Shown: positions 44,232 to 54,600 of the stretch, piece after piece
Numbering within the stretch: position 1 is the stretch's first letter
Layout: each line of letters begins with the position of its first letter
DNA from: Patescibacteria group bacterium
GTDB taxonomy: Bacteria > Patescibacteriota > Patescibacteriia > UBA9934 > GWF2-40-263
Direction of reading: 5' to 3'
DNA: 64,000 bases
Assembly (NCBI GenBank): GCA_041661745.1
Contig: JBAZTR010000001.1
Location: forward strand, 15,740-79,739
The notes under the pieces: generated by a model
The model's input: the letters and a program-made list of their open reading frames with translations, nothing else
What the model was told of the DNA's origin: nothing
Database searches by the model: none
Translations under genes and position numbers: made by a program

Positions 44232-46001
44232 ATGGAAAATAAAAAGTGGCGGGTGGCCGAGGCAATGCCGGAGGAGGCAAAAATGGCGTTTCCGGAATTA
44301 TCGCCGGTTTTAGCGCAGCTTTTGTGGAACCGTGGAGTTAAAACGCAGGCCGAAGTGGATATCTTCTTGGGGCCCGATTGGACGCGCGACACGCACGATC
44401 CTTTTTTGTTTAAGCAAATGAACGAAGCCGTGGCTAGAACCTTTGCCGCATTAGAAAAAAAAGAAGTTATTACCATTCATGGCGATTATGATGCTGATGG
44501 GGTGTGCGGTACGGCGGTTGTTTATTCAACCCTGCGTGAAATTTGTCGAGCCTTTAAATTTGATTTCGAAAATATCACCACCTACATTCCGCACCGTGAG
44601 CGCGAGGGATATGGATTGTTTGTTGCCACCTCGGAACATTTGCGCCAGCACGATAAAACTGATTTGTTGATTACCGTTGATTGCGGTATTAGCAACGCCG
44701 ATGCCATCGCCCGTGGAAAAGAGCTGGGTTTCGAAACCATTATTTGCGATCATCACGCGGTGCCCGAGGTTTTGCCAGAAGCAATAATTTTACATCCACA
44801 AGTACTGGGTGAACCTTATCCCAACAAGGTTTTATGCGGGGCTGGGGTGGCTTTTAAGTTTGCCTCAGCTTTGATTGTTGAAGCACAAAAGCGTGGCGCG
44901 GAATTCCCAGCTGGATATGAGAAATGGTTACTCGACCTGGTGGCTATTGCCACCGTGACTGATGTTATGCCGCTGACCGGAGAAAATCGTGTTTTGGAAA
45001 CCTATGGGCTTTTAGTTTTGAAAAAGACGCGGCGTTTGGGTTTGCAAAAATTATTTCAAGCAGCCGCCGTTAAAACTGAGCAAATTGATTCTTGGACAAT
45101 TGGTTTTCAAATTGGTCCGCGTTTGAACGCCGCCGGGCGAATGGATCACGCCGATCCGGCTTTTCGTTTATTGGTTTCCGAAGATGAGCAAGAAGCCGGG
45201 ACTTTGGCCGCCCAACTTCATGCGGCTAATGTTTTGCGACAAAAGCGGAGCGAAGAAATTTACCAGGAGGCTTTGGCACAGGTTGGCGAACCGGGTGAAC
45301 AAAAGTTTTTGTCAGCCGCGGCCGAAGGTTGGTCAGCTGGTCTGGTTGGTTTATCAGCCGGAAAACTTTGTGAAAAATACGCGCGACCAGTGGTTATTGT
45401 GGCGCGTGATGGCGAGAAATTTACCGGTTCGGGTCGCAGTATTCCGGCTTTTGATATTATGAAGGCTTTAAATGCCGCCGCGCCTTTTCTTGACCGTTTT
45501 GGCGGCCACCCGCAGGCCTGCGGTTTTTCCACGACTGGTGAGGAGCGTTACAAACAAGCAATTGCCGCCATGGTTGCCACTGCTGAAGCTGAATTGAAAG
45601 TCGAAGATTTGGTTTCGGAAATTTTTATCGACGCAATTACCCCACTTGGAGCAATCAATTGGGAGTTGGAAGCGGCCATTGGTCGTTTAGCCCCTTTTGG
45701 TGAAGGGAACCGACAACCACTTTTTGGCAGCCGCGGTCTTCAGCTGGTTAGTTACGAAACCATGGGGCAAGAAGGGAAACATTTACGAATGACCGTTCGT
45801 GATCCGGCTGACGGAATTATTAAAAAAATGGTGGCCTTTGGTTTTGGATCAATTGCGCCAAATTTATCAATTGGCGGTATCATCGACGTGGCTTACAATG
45901 TCAGTGTTAATGAATGGAATGGAAATCGTGAGTTGCAGTTGAAGGTAGTGGATTTAAGGCTTGAGGCTCGAGGCCCGAGCCGGGAGGCAGAATCTAAATA
46001 A
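44232..46001 (+). CDS. recJ: single-stranded-DNA-specific exonuclease RecJ
   Basis: DHH motifs ITIHGDYDADGVCG and ITVDCGIS...CDHH, a DHHA1 domain GGHPQACG and an OB-fold C-terminus. Confidence 0.9.
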   Translation: MENKKWRVAEAMPEEAKMAFPELSPVLAQLLWNRGVKTQAEVDIFLGPDWTRDTHDPFLFKQMNEAVARTFAALEKKEVITIHGDYDADGVCGTAVVYSTLREICRAFKFDFENITTYIPHREREGYGLFVATSEHLRQHDKTDLLITVDCGISNADAIARGKELGFETIICDHHAVPEVLPEAIILHPQVLGEPYPNKVLCGAGVAFKFASALIVEAQKRGAEFPAGYEKWLLDLVAIATVTDVMPLTGENRVLETYGLLVLKKTRRLGLQKLFQAAAVKTEQIDSWTIGFQIGPRLNAAGRMDHADPAFRLLVSEDEQEAGTLAAQLHAANVLRQKRSEEIYQEALAQVGEPGEQKFLSAAAEGWSAGLVGLSAGKLCEKYARPVVIVARDGEKFTGSGRSIPAFDIMKALNAAAPFLDRFGGHPQACGFSTTGEERYKQAIAAMVATAEAELKVEDLVSEIFIDAITPLGAINWELEAAIGRLAPFGEGNRQPLFGSRGLQLVSYETMGQEGKHLRMTVRDPADGIIKKMVAFGFGSIAPNLSIGGIIDVAYNVSVNEWNGNRELQLKVVDLRLEARGPSREAESK

Positions 46002-46050
46002 TATCCGCCTCCCAGCTCCCGGCTCTAGCCTATGATATAATAATCTAGTT

Positions 46051-46470
46051 ATGATCAAATCCATTCGAATCTATACTGATGGTGGCGCTCGCGGCAATCC
46101 CGGCCCGGCCGGGTCAGGAGCCGTTATCAAATCACTCGATGAAGGTGGTGAAAAAACTATAGCTAAATTAAAAAAGTTTTTTCCGCATGCCACTAATAAT
46201 CAAGCCGAATACGACGCAATTATTTTGGGTTTAACCGAAGCCAAACGTCTTAAGGTTGAAGAAGTTGAACTAGTTATGGATTCGGAATTGGCGGTGAAAC
46301 AGATTCGCGGTGAATATCGAGTGAAAAATCCGGAATTAGCCAAGAAATTTTTGGAGGTTTACAATCTTTCGCGAGCCTTTAAAAAATTTAGTGCTCGCCA
46401 CATTATGCGCGAGCGAAATTTTGAAGCCGACGCCCTAGTCAACGAAGTCATTGATGAAAATTTAAAATAG
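46051..46470 (+). CDS. rnhA: ribonuclease H (RNase HI-like)
   Basis: IYTDGGARGNPGPAGSGAVI ... NNQAEYDAIILGL ... MDSELAV carries the DEDD catalytic residues. Confidence 0.85.
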   Translation: MIKSIRIYTDGGARGNPGPAGSGAVIKSLDEGGEKTIAKLKKFFPHATNNQAEYDAIILGLTEAKRLKVEEVELVMDSELAVKQIRGEYRVKNPELAKKFLEVYNLSRAFKKFSARHIMRERNFEADALVNEVIDENLK

Positions 46471-46513
46471 TTTTTGCCTACCTACTACCCACTACCACCT
46501 ACTTACCTTAAAT

Positions 46514-47899
46514 ATGTTTCAGTTTTACAACACCCTTACTCGCCAAAAAGAGGAATTTAAATCCCTCCACGCCGGCCATGCTCGCATTTATACCTGCGGC
46601 CCGACAGTTTATTGGTTTGCGCATATTGGTAATTGGCGTTCGTATATTTTTTCCGATGTTCTGCGTCGAGCTTTGGAACAGAACGGTTTTAATGTTACGC
46701 AGGTCATTAATATTACTGACGTCGGTCATTTAGTCGGCGATGGTGATGAGGGTGAAGACAAAATGATCGTGGCCATGCAGCGTGAAGGAAAATCAGCTTA
46801 CGACATTGCTCGATTTTACGAAGCAGCGTTTATGGCCGATCGTGAAAAATTGAATATCTTGTCGGCCACGGTTTATCCGCGGGCCACTGAACATATTGCT
46901 GAGCAAATTGAGTTGGTTAAGAAACTCGAAGAAAACGGTTTTACTTATAAAACCACTGACGGGATTTATTTTGATACATCAAAGCTGCCAGAATATGGCC
47001 GTTTGTCCGGTCAAAAAGCCGAGGAAAAGCAAGGTGGAGCCCGGGTGGAGTTGGGCAAAAAGAAGAACGCCACAGATTTTGCTTTGTGGAAATTTTCACC
47101 AGCTGATTCGAAGCGTGAAATGGAATGGGAATCACCCTGGGGTGTTGGCTTCCCGGGTTGGCACTTGGAATGTTCAGCCATGTCTAAAAAATATCTAGGT
47201 GTGCCGTTTGATATTCATACCGGTGGGGAAGACCATGTTCCGGTGCATCATGAAAACGAAATCGCGCAAACCATGGGGGCTGACGGTGTGCTCGAAGCGA
47301 ATGTTTGGATGCATAATGCCTTTTTAATGTTTGATGGTGGCAAAATGAGTAAATCGCTAGGAAATATTTATACTTTGGTACAATTGGAAGAAAAGGAAAT
47401 AGAACCTTTGGCTTTCCGTCTCTTTTGTTTGGGCGCGCAATATCGCGCCAAACTTAATTTTACTTTTGAAGCCGCGCAAGCCGCACAAAATGCTCTCAAT
47501 AAACTTCGTGAAACCGTGCGTGATTGGGACGAACCCACTTCTGATATTTGCGAGGAATACAGAAAAAGATTTTCTGAAGCCATTGAAGACGACTTGAACA
47601 CCCCGCAAGCTTTGGCTGTTATGTGGGAGATGATTGGTGATTCTTCTTGTTGTTCCACGGCCGTTAAAGCCGCGACCTTGCTCGAATTCGACAAAATATT
47701 TGGCCTTGATTTGGGTAAATACATTGGAAAGAAAGTTGAAACACCCGACGCGGTTTTGGTTTTATTAAAACAACGAGAAGTAGCTAGAGAAAATAAGGAT
47801 TGGGGTGAAGCCGATCGCTTGCGCGATGAAATTGCCACACTTGGCTTTGTTGTCGAAGATTCTCCACAGGGGCAAAAAATTAAAAGTGTGCTAAAATAA
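46514..47899 (+). CDS. cysS: cysteine--tRNA ligase
   Basis: HIGH-like YTCGPTVYWFAHIGN, KMSKS (KMSKSLGN) and the zinc-binding Cys context typical of CysRS. Confidence 0.92.
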   Translation: MFQFYNTLTRQKEEFKSLHAGHARIYTCGPTVYWFAHIGNWRSYIFSDVLRRALEQNGFNVTQVINITDVGHLVGDGDEGEDKMIVAMQREGKSAYDIARFYEAAFMADREKLNILSATVYPRATEHIAEQIELVKKLEENGFTYKTTDGIYFDTSKLPEYGRLSGQKAEEKQGGARVELGKKKNATDFALWKFSPADSKREMEWESPWGVGFPGWHLECSAMSKKYLGVPFDIHTGGEDHVPVHHENEIAQTMGADGVLEANVWMHNAFLMFDGGKMSKSLGNIYTLVQLEEKEIEPLAFRLFCLGAQYRAKLNFTFEAAQAAQNALNKLRETVRDWDEPTSDICEEYRKRFSEAIEDDLNTPQALAVMWEMIGDSSCCSTAVKAATLLEFDKIFGLDLGKYIGKKVETPDAVLVLLKQREVARENKDWGEADRLRDEIATLGFVVEDSPQGQKIKSVLK

Positions 47900-47905
47900 T
47901 CAAGT

Positions 47906-48430
47906 ATGGATTCTCCGTTGGGTAAGGAAGTCAAGAAAGAAAACCCACAAGAATTAATTGGTCCACCGGAGCCGCCAAAAGAGGCGCCGGAAATTGTTGT
48001 ATCCGAAACAAAAGAAGTATCGCCAGTTTTAGAACAACCGAAAGAAACTCCTGTTGCTACTCCCGAGGCTCCATTGCCGCCGCCCCCAGCAGCCGCAACT
48101 TTGGCTGCAGCCTCGGTTCCGCCGGTGGCTAAAGACGAATTTACTCAAGAAATTGAAAGCATTTTGTCCGAAGATTTAACTGATTTGTTTTTGAAAATGA
48201 CCCCCGAGCAGCAGGAGGAATTTCAGGCCAAGGGTGAAGAAACGGCTTCTAAAATTCGTATTATCTTATCATCAGCCAAAGTGGGAATGAAAAAAATCCT
48301 CGTACTTATCAGTGAATGGCTAAAGTTGATTCCCGGGGTCAATAAATTCTTCCTTGAGCAGGAAGCAAAAATAAAAACAGATAAAATCCTTCTTAACGCC
48401 GAAGAATTTCGGAAAGAAGGAAAACTATAA
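47906..48430 (+). CDS. hypothetical Pro-rich protein with C-terminal hydrophobic segment
   Basis: PEPPKEAPEIVV...PEAPLPPPPAAATLAAASVPP, with a 6-nt spacer after cysS. Confidence 0.55.
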   Translation: MDSPLGKEVKKENPQELIGPPEPPKEAPEIVVSETKEVSPVLEQPKETPVATPEAPLPPPPAAATLAAASVPPVAKDEFTQEIESILSEDLTDLFLKMTPEQQEEFQAKGEETASKIRIILSSAKVGMKKILVLISEWLKLIPGVNKFFLEQEAKIKTDKILLNAEEFRKEGKL

Positions 48431-48433
48431 GCC

Positions 48434-51025
48434 ATGTTTCTATCATTGTGGGCGGCCTTTTTGGCCGAAGAAGAGTCAACAATCGCAATACCGGGCGTCG
48501 CGGCATCAAGCGACGGGTTTTTTGCATTGATTATTTTGTCGGTGTTAGTGATTGGCGGATTAGCCTTTGTTGGATTATTAATTGCCCGATTCTTTTTATT
48601 GCGGCGTGTGCATGGGCGGACGGGTGGGTTGGAGTTAGTGGTTTTACAAATTTCTATTCCAAAATTTCGGCGGGCCGAGGAAGCGACTAAGGAGATTAAT
48701 ATCGAACAAATTCGCCAGCAGGTAGCCATAGCCGAATCTTTATTTGCTGCCGTCGGCGGTCTTAAAGCCCAGAAAAAATTTAAGCATTGGTTATTCGGTC
48801 GAACCGATGAAATGGCTTTTGAAATCGTCGCTAAAGATAAAATGATTTATTTTTACGTGGCTATTCCAAAATTTTTACAATCACGACTGGAGGAACAGAT
48901 TTCCGCGGTTTATTCCGATGCTCACTTGGAACAAGTTGAAGATTACAATATTTTTTCGCCCACCGGCACGGTGGCTGGAATGTACCTAACTTTTAAACGA
49001 CCGGTCGGTTTTCCCATTAAGACTTACCAAAAAATGGAGACCGATCCGTTAAACGCCCTAACCAACGCTTTATCAAAAATTGAAGATGGTGAAGGTGTGG
49101 TTATTCAGTATGTGGTTCGCTCGGCACGAGCCAGTTGGCGCAAAAAAGGTTTGGCCGTGGCCAAAAGTTTACAACAAGGGGCTTCGTTTGACGAAGCCAT
49201 GGCCGGCCACACCCCGGGAAAATCTAAAGATGGCTTTTTTTCATTTCTAAAAAATGAACCGACAAAACCACAACAAGAACAATCGTTTAGAGTTTCTTCG
49301 ACAACCGAAGAGGCTATTAAAAGTATTGAACAAAAAGCTAGCAAAGCCGGCATGGACGCCAATATTCGTTTAATTGTCTCCACGCCAAGTCCGGAACGGG
49401 CCGAAGCGACTTTGGCCAACTTGTTTACGGCTTTTTCGCAGTACAGTACCTATCAATTCGGTAACGCTTTTGGTAAAGCTGTGCCACGCAGCAAGGAACG
49501 CATGGTTAGACGGTTTATTTATCGAACTTTTGAAGAGCGTTACAAAGTTGTTTTAAATACGGAGGAAATGGCCAGTTTGTGGCACCTGCCGTTACCGACC
49601 ACCGAAACGCCGAACATTCAGTGGATGGCGGCGCGTCGCGGGGCAGCTCCGTCGGAAATTCCAGGTCCGGCCGAGGAAAATATTTTTCTTGGTAGCAATT
49701 TTTATCGCGGCAAAAAAACGCCAATTTACATTAAAAAAGGTGATCGGCAGCGTCACATGTATTTAATCGGTAAATCTGGTACTGGTAAAACGGAATTCAT
49801 GACTTCCATGATTTTGCAGGATATTAAAAATGGCAGTGGAGTGTGCGTGATTGATCCGCACGGCGATTTGGTTGATCGTATCGCCGGTAGTATTCCCAAA
49901 GAGCGCGTTGATGACGTTATTATTTTCGATCCGGCTGATACCGATCGTCCGGTTGGTTTAAACATGTTGGAAGCCAAGACCGAAGATCAAAAAGATTTCG
50001 TTTGCCAAGAAATGGTTTCTATTTTCTACAAACTTGTTACTGATCCGTCCATGATTGGCCCGATGTTTGAGCATCAAATGCGCAACGTCATGTTGACCTT
50101 AATGGCTGATGAAGAAAATCCCGGCACCTTGGCCGAAATTCCGCGCATGTTTACCGATCAAGAATATGCTGATCAGTGGATCGCCAAATTAAAAGATCCG
50201 ATGGTTCGCAATTTTTGGGATAAAGAAATGGCCAAAACTTCTGATTTTCATAAATCAGAAATGTTGGGTTACTTAATTTCCAAAGTTGGCCGCTTTGTCG
50301 AAAACGAAATGGTCCGTAATATTATCGGCCAGTCGCACAGCAGTTTTGATTTCCGCGAAATCATGGATAACAATAAAATTCTTTTGGTTAAACTTTCCAA
50401 AGGTTTGGTTGGGGAAATTAACGCCAACTTGCTCGGTTTGATTATCGTTTCTAAACTGCAAATGACCGCCCTTGGCCGAGCTAACATGGACGAAAGTCTA
50501 CGCAAAGACTTCTATTTGTACATCGACGAGTTCCAAAACTTTGTCACCAATTCCATTGCCACTATTTTGTCTGAGGCTCGCAAATATCGTTTGTGTCTGG
50601 TCATGGCTCACCAGTATTTGAACCAGTTGGTTGATAACCAGGGCAAAGCCGAGGTGCGCGACGCTGTGCTTGGTAACGTTGGCACAACCTTTGTCGCTCG
50701 CGTTGGACCGGAAGACACGGAGATTTTACAAAAAATATACGAACCGTATTTTTCCGGTTATGATTTGATTAACTCGGAAAAGTTTACCTGGTACACCAAA
50801 ATGATTGTCGATAACACGGCTGTAAAACCTTTCACACTCTCGACTTTTAACAAGAACCTACCCAGAGGTAACCCTGAATTGAAAAAAGCTATATTTGAAC
50901 TTTCACGGCTCAAATATGGTCGCGACAAGGCTTTGGTTAATGCGGAAATCATGGAGCGTGCCAATTTGGGTGGCGCAAATTCGCCCGAAGCTGACTTGAA
51001 TCCGGTTGGCGAATCAGCCTTATAA
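48434..51025 (+). CDS. membrane-anchored P-loop ATPase of the TraG/VirD4/TraD (type IV coupling protein) - FtsK/HerA superfamily
   Basis: Two N-terminal TM helices, Walker A MYLIGKSGTGKTEFM and Walker B FYLYIDEFQNF (DEF-type, as in T4CPs). 863 aa. Confidence 0.65.
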   Translation: MFLSLWAAFLAEEESTIAIPGVAASSDGFFALIILSVLVIGGLAFVGLLIARFFLLRRVHGRTGGLELVVLQISIPKFRRAEEATKEINIEQIRQQVAIAESLFAAVGGLKAQKKFKHWLFGRTDEMAFEIVAKDKMIYFYVAIPKFLQSRLEEQISAVYSDAHLEQVEDYNIFSPTGTVAGMYLTFKRPVGFPIKTYQKMETDPLNALTNALSKIEDGEGVVIQYVVRSARASWRKKGLAVAKSLQQGASFDEAMAGHTPGKSKDGFFSFLKNEPTKPQQEQSFRVSSTTEEAIKSIEQKASKAGMDANIRLIVSTPSPERAEATLANLFTAFSQYSTYQFGNAFGKAVPRSKERMVRRFIYRTFEERYKVVLNTEEMASLWHLPLPTTETPNIQWMAARRGAAPSEIPGPAEENIFLGSNFYRGKKTPIYIKKGDRQRHMYLIGKSGTGKTEFMTSMILQDIKNGSGVCVIDPHGDLVDRIAGSIPKERVDDVIIFDPADTDRPVGLNMLEAKTEDQKDFVCQEMVSIFYKLVTDPSMIGPMFEHQMRNVMLTLMADEENPGTLAEIPRMFTDQEYADQWIAKLKDPMVRNFWDKEMAKTSDFHKSEMLGYLISKVGRFVENEMVRNIIGQSHSSFDFREIMDNNKILLVKLSKGLVGEINANLLGLIIVSKLQMTALGRANMDESLRKDFYLYIDEFQNFVTNSIATILSEARKYRLCLVMAHQYLNQLVDNQGKAEVRDAVLGNVGTTFVARVGPEDTEILQKIYEPYFSGYDLINSEKFTWYTKMIVDNTAVKPFTLSTFNKNLPRGNPELKKAIFELSRLKYGRDKALVNAEIMERANLGGANSPEADLNPVGESAL

Positions 51026-51040
51026 AACAAAAACAAAATT

Positions 51041-51658
51041 ATGAACGACGACGAATTGTTGGAAGATGATTTTAGTTTCGAGCCAGAACCGGAGGAAGCG
51101 CCGCGTAAAAGCGAACCTGACCCGCGTCTGGCTTTGGCAAAAAAGATTTTAAAGCAACTCCACGAAAATTTGGGGAATGTTATTGACTTACTCGATGGAG
51201 GAAATATCGAGGAAGCGAACACTGATTTTGCCAAACTGGTGGCTTCAAAAAAAGAAGCCGAGCATACACTTGATGATATTTCCGGATCCCGCGTAATTGA
51301 AGGCGTCTTTGATGGCCAAGCCATGATTGGTTCTGATGGCAAAAGTTATGCTGTACCGCCCAACTATGCCTCCAAATCTCGCCTGGTTGAGGGTGACATG
51401 TTAAAACTCACCATTAAACGCGATGGTACTTTCTTGTTTAAACAAATTGGCCCCATCGAACGCGCTCGTTTGGTAGGCAAGTTGGCTTTTGATGCCTCGG
51501 TTGGAACATTTGTCGCCATGATCGGCGAACAAAATTATAAACTTATAACAGCCAGTGTCACCTTTTTTCACGGTGAACCGGGCGACGAAATTGTCGTTTT
51601 GGTTCCGAAAAATACGCCCAGCGTTTGGGCAGCCGTGGAGAACGTGGTGAAGAAATAA
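51041..51658 (+). CDS. hypothetical protein (acidic N-terminus)
   Basis: 205-aa ORF in the same operon. No motif recognised. Confidence 0.55.
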   Translation: MNDDELLEDDFSFEPEPEEAPRKSEPDPRLALAKKILKQLHENLGNVIDLLDGGNIEEANTDFAKLVASKKEAEHTLDDISGSRVIEGVFDGQAMIGSDGKSYAVPPNYASKSRLVEGDMLKLTIKRDGTFLFKQIGPIERARLVGKLAFDASVGTFVAMIGEQNYKLITASVTFFHGEPGDEIVVLVPKNTPSVWAAVENVVKK

Positions 51659-51679
51659 TTTTTTTATTATACTAACGTC

Positions 51680-54600
51680 GTGTGTATGTATTGGACTAAT
51701 AATTTTAAGAAAATATCATTGTACACGGGTTTGTTTTTATTTTCATTCTCGCTGTTTTTTTTGGTTTGGAATGTCGCTTATGGAGCCAGTCCTGTTACGG
51801 ATTTTGTGCATTTTGACGGAGACGCCTCGGACAATTGGGCGGGCTTTAGTTCAGAGATGATGGATTTCAACAACGATGGAAACGATGACCTTGTTATTGG
51901 TGTAATTTCTGAAGGGACGGTAGGTGCGGAAGTTGGAGCAATTTATATCATCTATGGGGATGGTTCGACCTGGACATCGATGTCAATAGCGGATGCGGAT
52001 GTAAAAATTACCGGGGCGACAGATTCAAATGGGATTGCCTATATGGGGAAAGAAATTATTAATGCCGGCGACGTGGATGGAGATGGAATAGATGATTTAC
52101 TTTTTGGGGCTGAACGAGGAGAAGGAAATAGTATTTTAGATAACGGGCTTGCCTTTTTAGTCTATGGCGGGCAAGGTTTGAGTGGAACGTATAGTGCAAA
52201 CAATATTGGCACAACGATCGCCGGCGCGACATTCTATGGAACAGTCGCACAGGAACAGGCCGGCTCACGATTGTCTGCAGGTGATTTTAACAATGATGGG
52301 TACAATGATCTTTTGGTGAGCGGTATCCTTTATGCCACCGGATTGGCCCAACGAGGTGCAGGATATTTGATTTACGGGGATGATACACGTTTGAGTGGCA
52401 CGAACGCATTGTCAAATGTCGGGGGCTCCATTGCCGGGGTTACTTTTGTTGGAGCCGCGGCCGGAGATCGACTTGGGAAAGGGGTTCGCATGATTGATGT
52501 TGATGGGGATGGCTATGATGATGTGCTTGTGAGTGCAACACTTGCACATTATGGTGGAATCGCAGACGTTGGGGTGACTTATCTCATTTATGGCAACCAA
52601 ACGTTAGTGAGTCCGGTGGATGTTTCAAATGTTGGCGGAAGTGTGACTGGGGCATCATTTTATGGAGAAGTCTTAAATGATTCCTCGGGAAACGATATCA
52701 TGGGCGGATTTTTCAACGAGGATGCTTATGGCGATTTTAGTATTTTTGCAAATGCGGCTGACAACGGAGCTATTAGCAATGTAGGCGTGAACTATTTGAT
52801 CTTCGGGGCCGCGACGCGTTTTACAGGAGCAAATGCGCTAAGTGGCGTGGGTACCACCATTTCAGGATTGAAATTCGTGGGCGAAGGGGAAAGCGATCGG
52901 TTTGGAAATTATTTTACGTCCGCAGATATCAATAATGATGGACTGAAAGAGTATATTGTGACCGCAACATCCAATGATAATGGCGGGGCAATTACGGATA
53001 GTTATGGAGCAATGTACATTGTTTATCGCAATCAGGTGCTTACAAGCCCCATCCTTGCCTCAACCATCGGGACAACGGTAAGCGGAGTAAAATTTGTTGG
53101 AGAAGAGTTAGGCGGGCTTTTGGGGTTTGATGTGACAAATATTGGAGACGAAAACGGCGACCATTATGAGGATGTTTTGGTGGGCGCGTATAAGGTAGAT
53201 GTTGGTGCTTATACAGATGCCGGTAAGGTCTATTTGGCCTATTTTTATATTGACGCGGATCACGACGGTTATCCGGGCACCGCGGGAGTTTTTGATGGTA
53301 CGGATAAGGATGACGCCGATCCGCTTGTACTTGATAGTTGGCATCCGACGATTACAGGCGTCAGTGGGGTTGAGGCAACGGACGGAGGTGGGGAAGTGAC
53401 GGTCACATTTACATTGGATGACCCGGACAATGACGATAATTGCCAAGCAAAAATTGAATACAGTATTGATGGAGGTTCAACTTGGAGTGATCCGACAATA
53501 AGCACCACGAATAGTGATACCACGGCCACCTATGGTGATCCGGACATTGATAATTCGGCCACGTATCAAGTGGGAAAGGCTGGAGCGTATATCACTACCT
53601 CTTCTGGAGCCAACACCGTGGTTGTTAAATGGAATTCGTTGGTCGATGTTCCCACGGCTAATGTTTCAAATGCGCAAATCCGTGTGACTCCTTATGACAG
53701 TCATGCCCCGGGCACTGCGGTCGCGTCTTCGAATTTTATTTTAGATAACGTTGACCCGGCCAGTCTTGCTTCTCTAGCCTACGGCACGTCCACTTACAAT
53801 ACTCTCTCCGTTACCTGGACGGCTGCCACTGATACCAATTTTGACCACTACGAACTTTGGTATGGGACAAACCAAAGTGATGTTGATAGTCTCACCGGCA
53901 CGGCCGCGGAATGGGATAATAGTGATGATGCGGCACTGACCACAGCCACCACAGCTGTCACGACAATTACTAACCTTTCTTCGTTTACAACCTATTACTT
54001 TAAAATATTTGCCATCGATGATTACGGAAACGAATCAACTTTAAGCTCTGTTAGTGCGCGGACGACCAAGAAGGGTTCATCGAGCGGCAGCGGTTCAATC
54101 ACGCCAGCTCAATTGTCAAACTTCGCCGTGATTCAAAAGAACTTTCCTACAGCTACAACCATAAAGACTGGCGAAGCGACCAGCTTCTCTTGGTTGTCAA
54201 CTAAGATCGGCTATTTAATCAATCTTTGGTATTCCCTGGACAATGGGGAAACCTATATAAAAATTGTCGGGCCGGCCGCTGACACCGAAACCTACGAGTG
54301 GACCACACCTAGTAATCTTTCCGGCACTAAAATTATTTTTAAATTGGAGTTAACTGACTCAATAGTAATTCTCGATACCGAGATCACAGAGTTTTCTATT
54401 TTTACGGAAGCAATCGAAGAGGATGTTCAAGAAGAGATAAGTATCATTGGTGCGGTGCTAGAAAGTGTCTTCGGCGGCCGCTGGGAAATTAATCTCGAAG
54501 AATCAGGTATTACCGAAGTTTTCGGCGACTTTCCGGAAACAGTTTCCATTGGTTCACTCATCAAACTGCCTGATGATGGCGACCTCACCACTCAATTCGA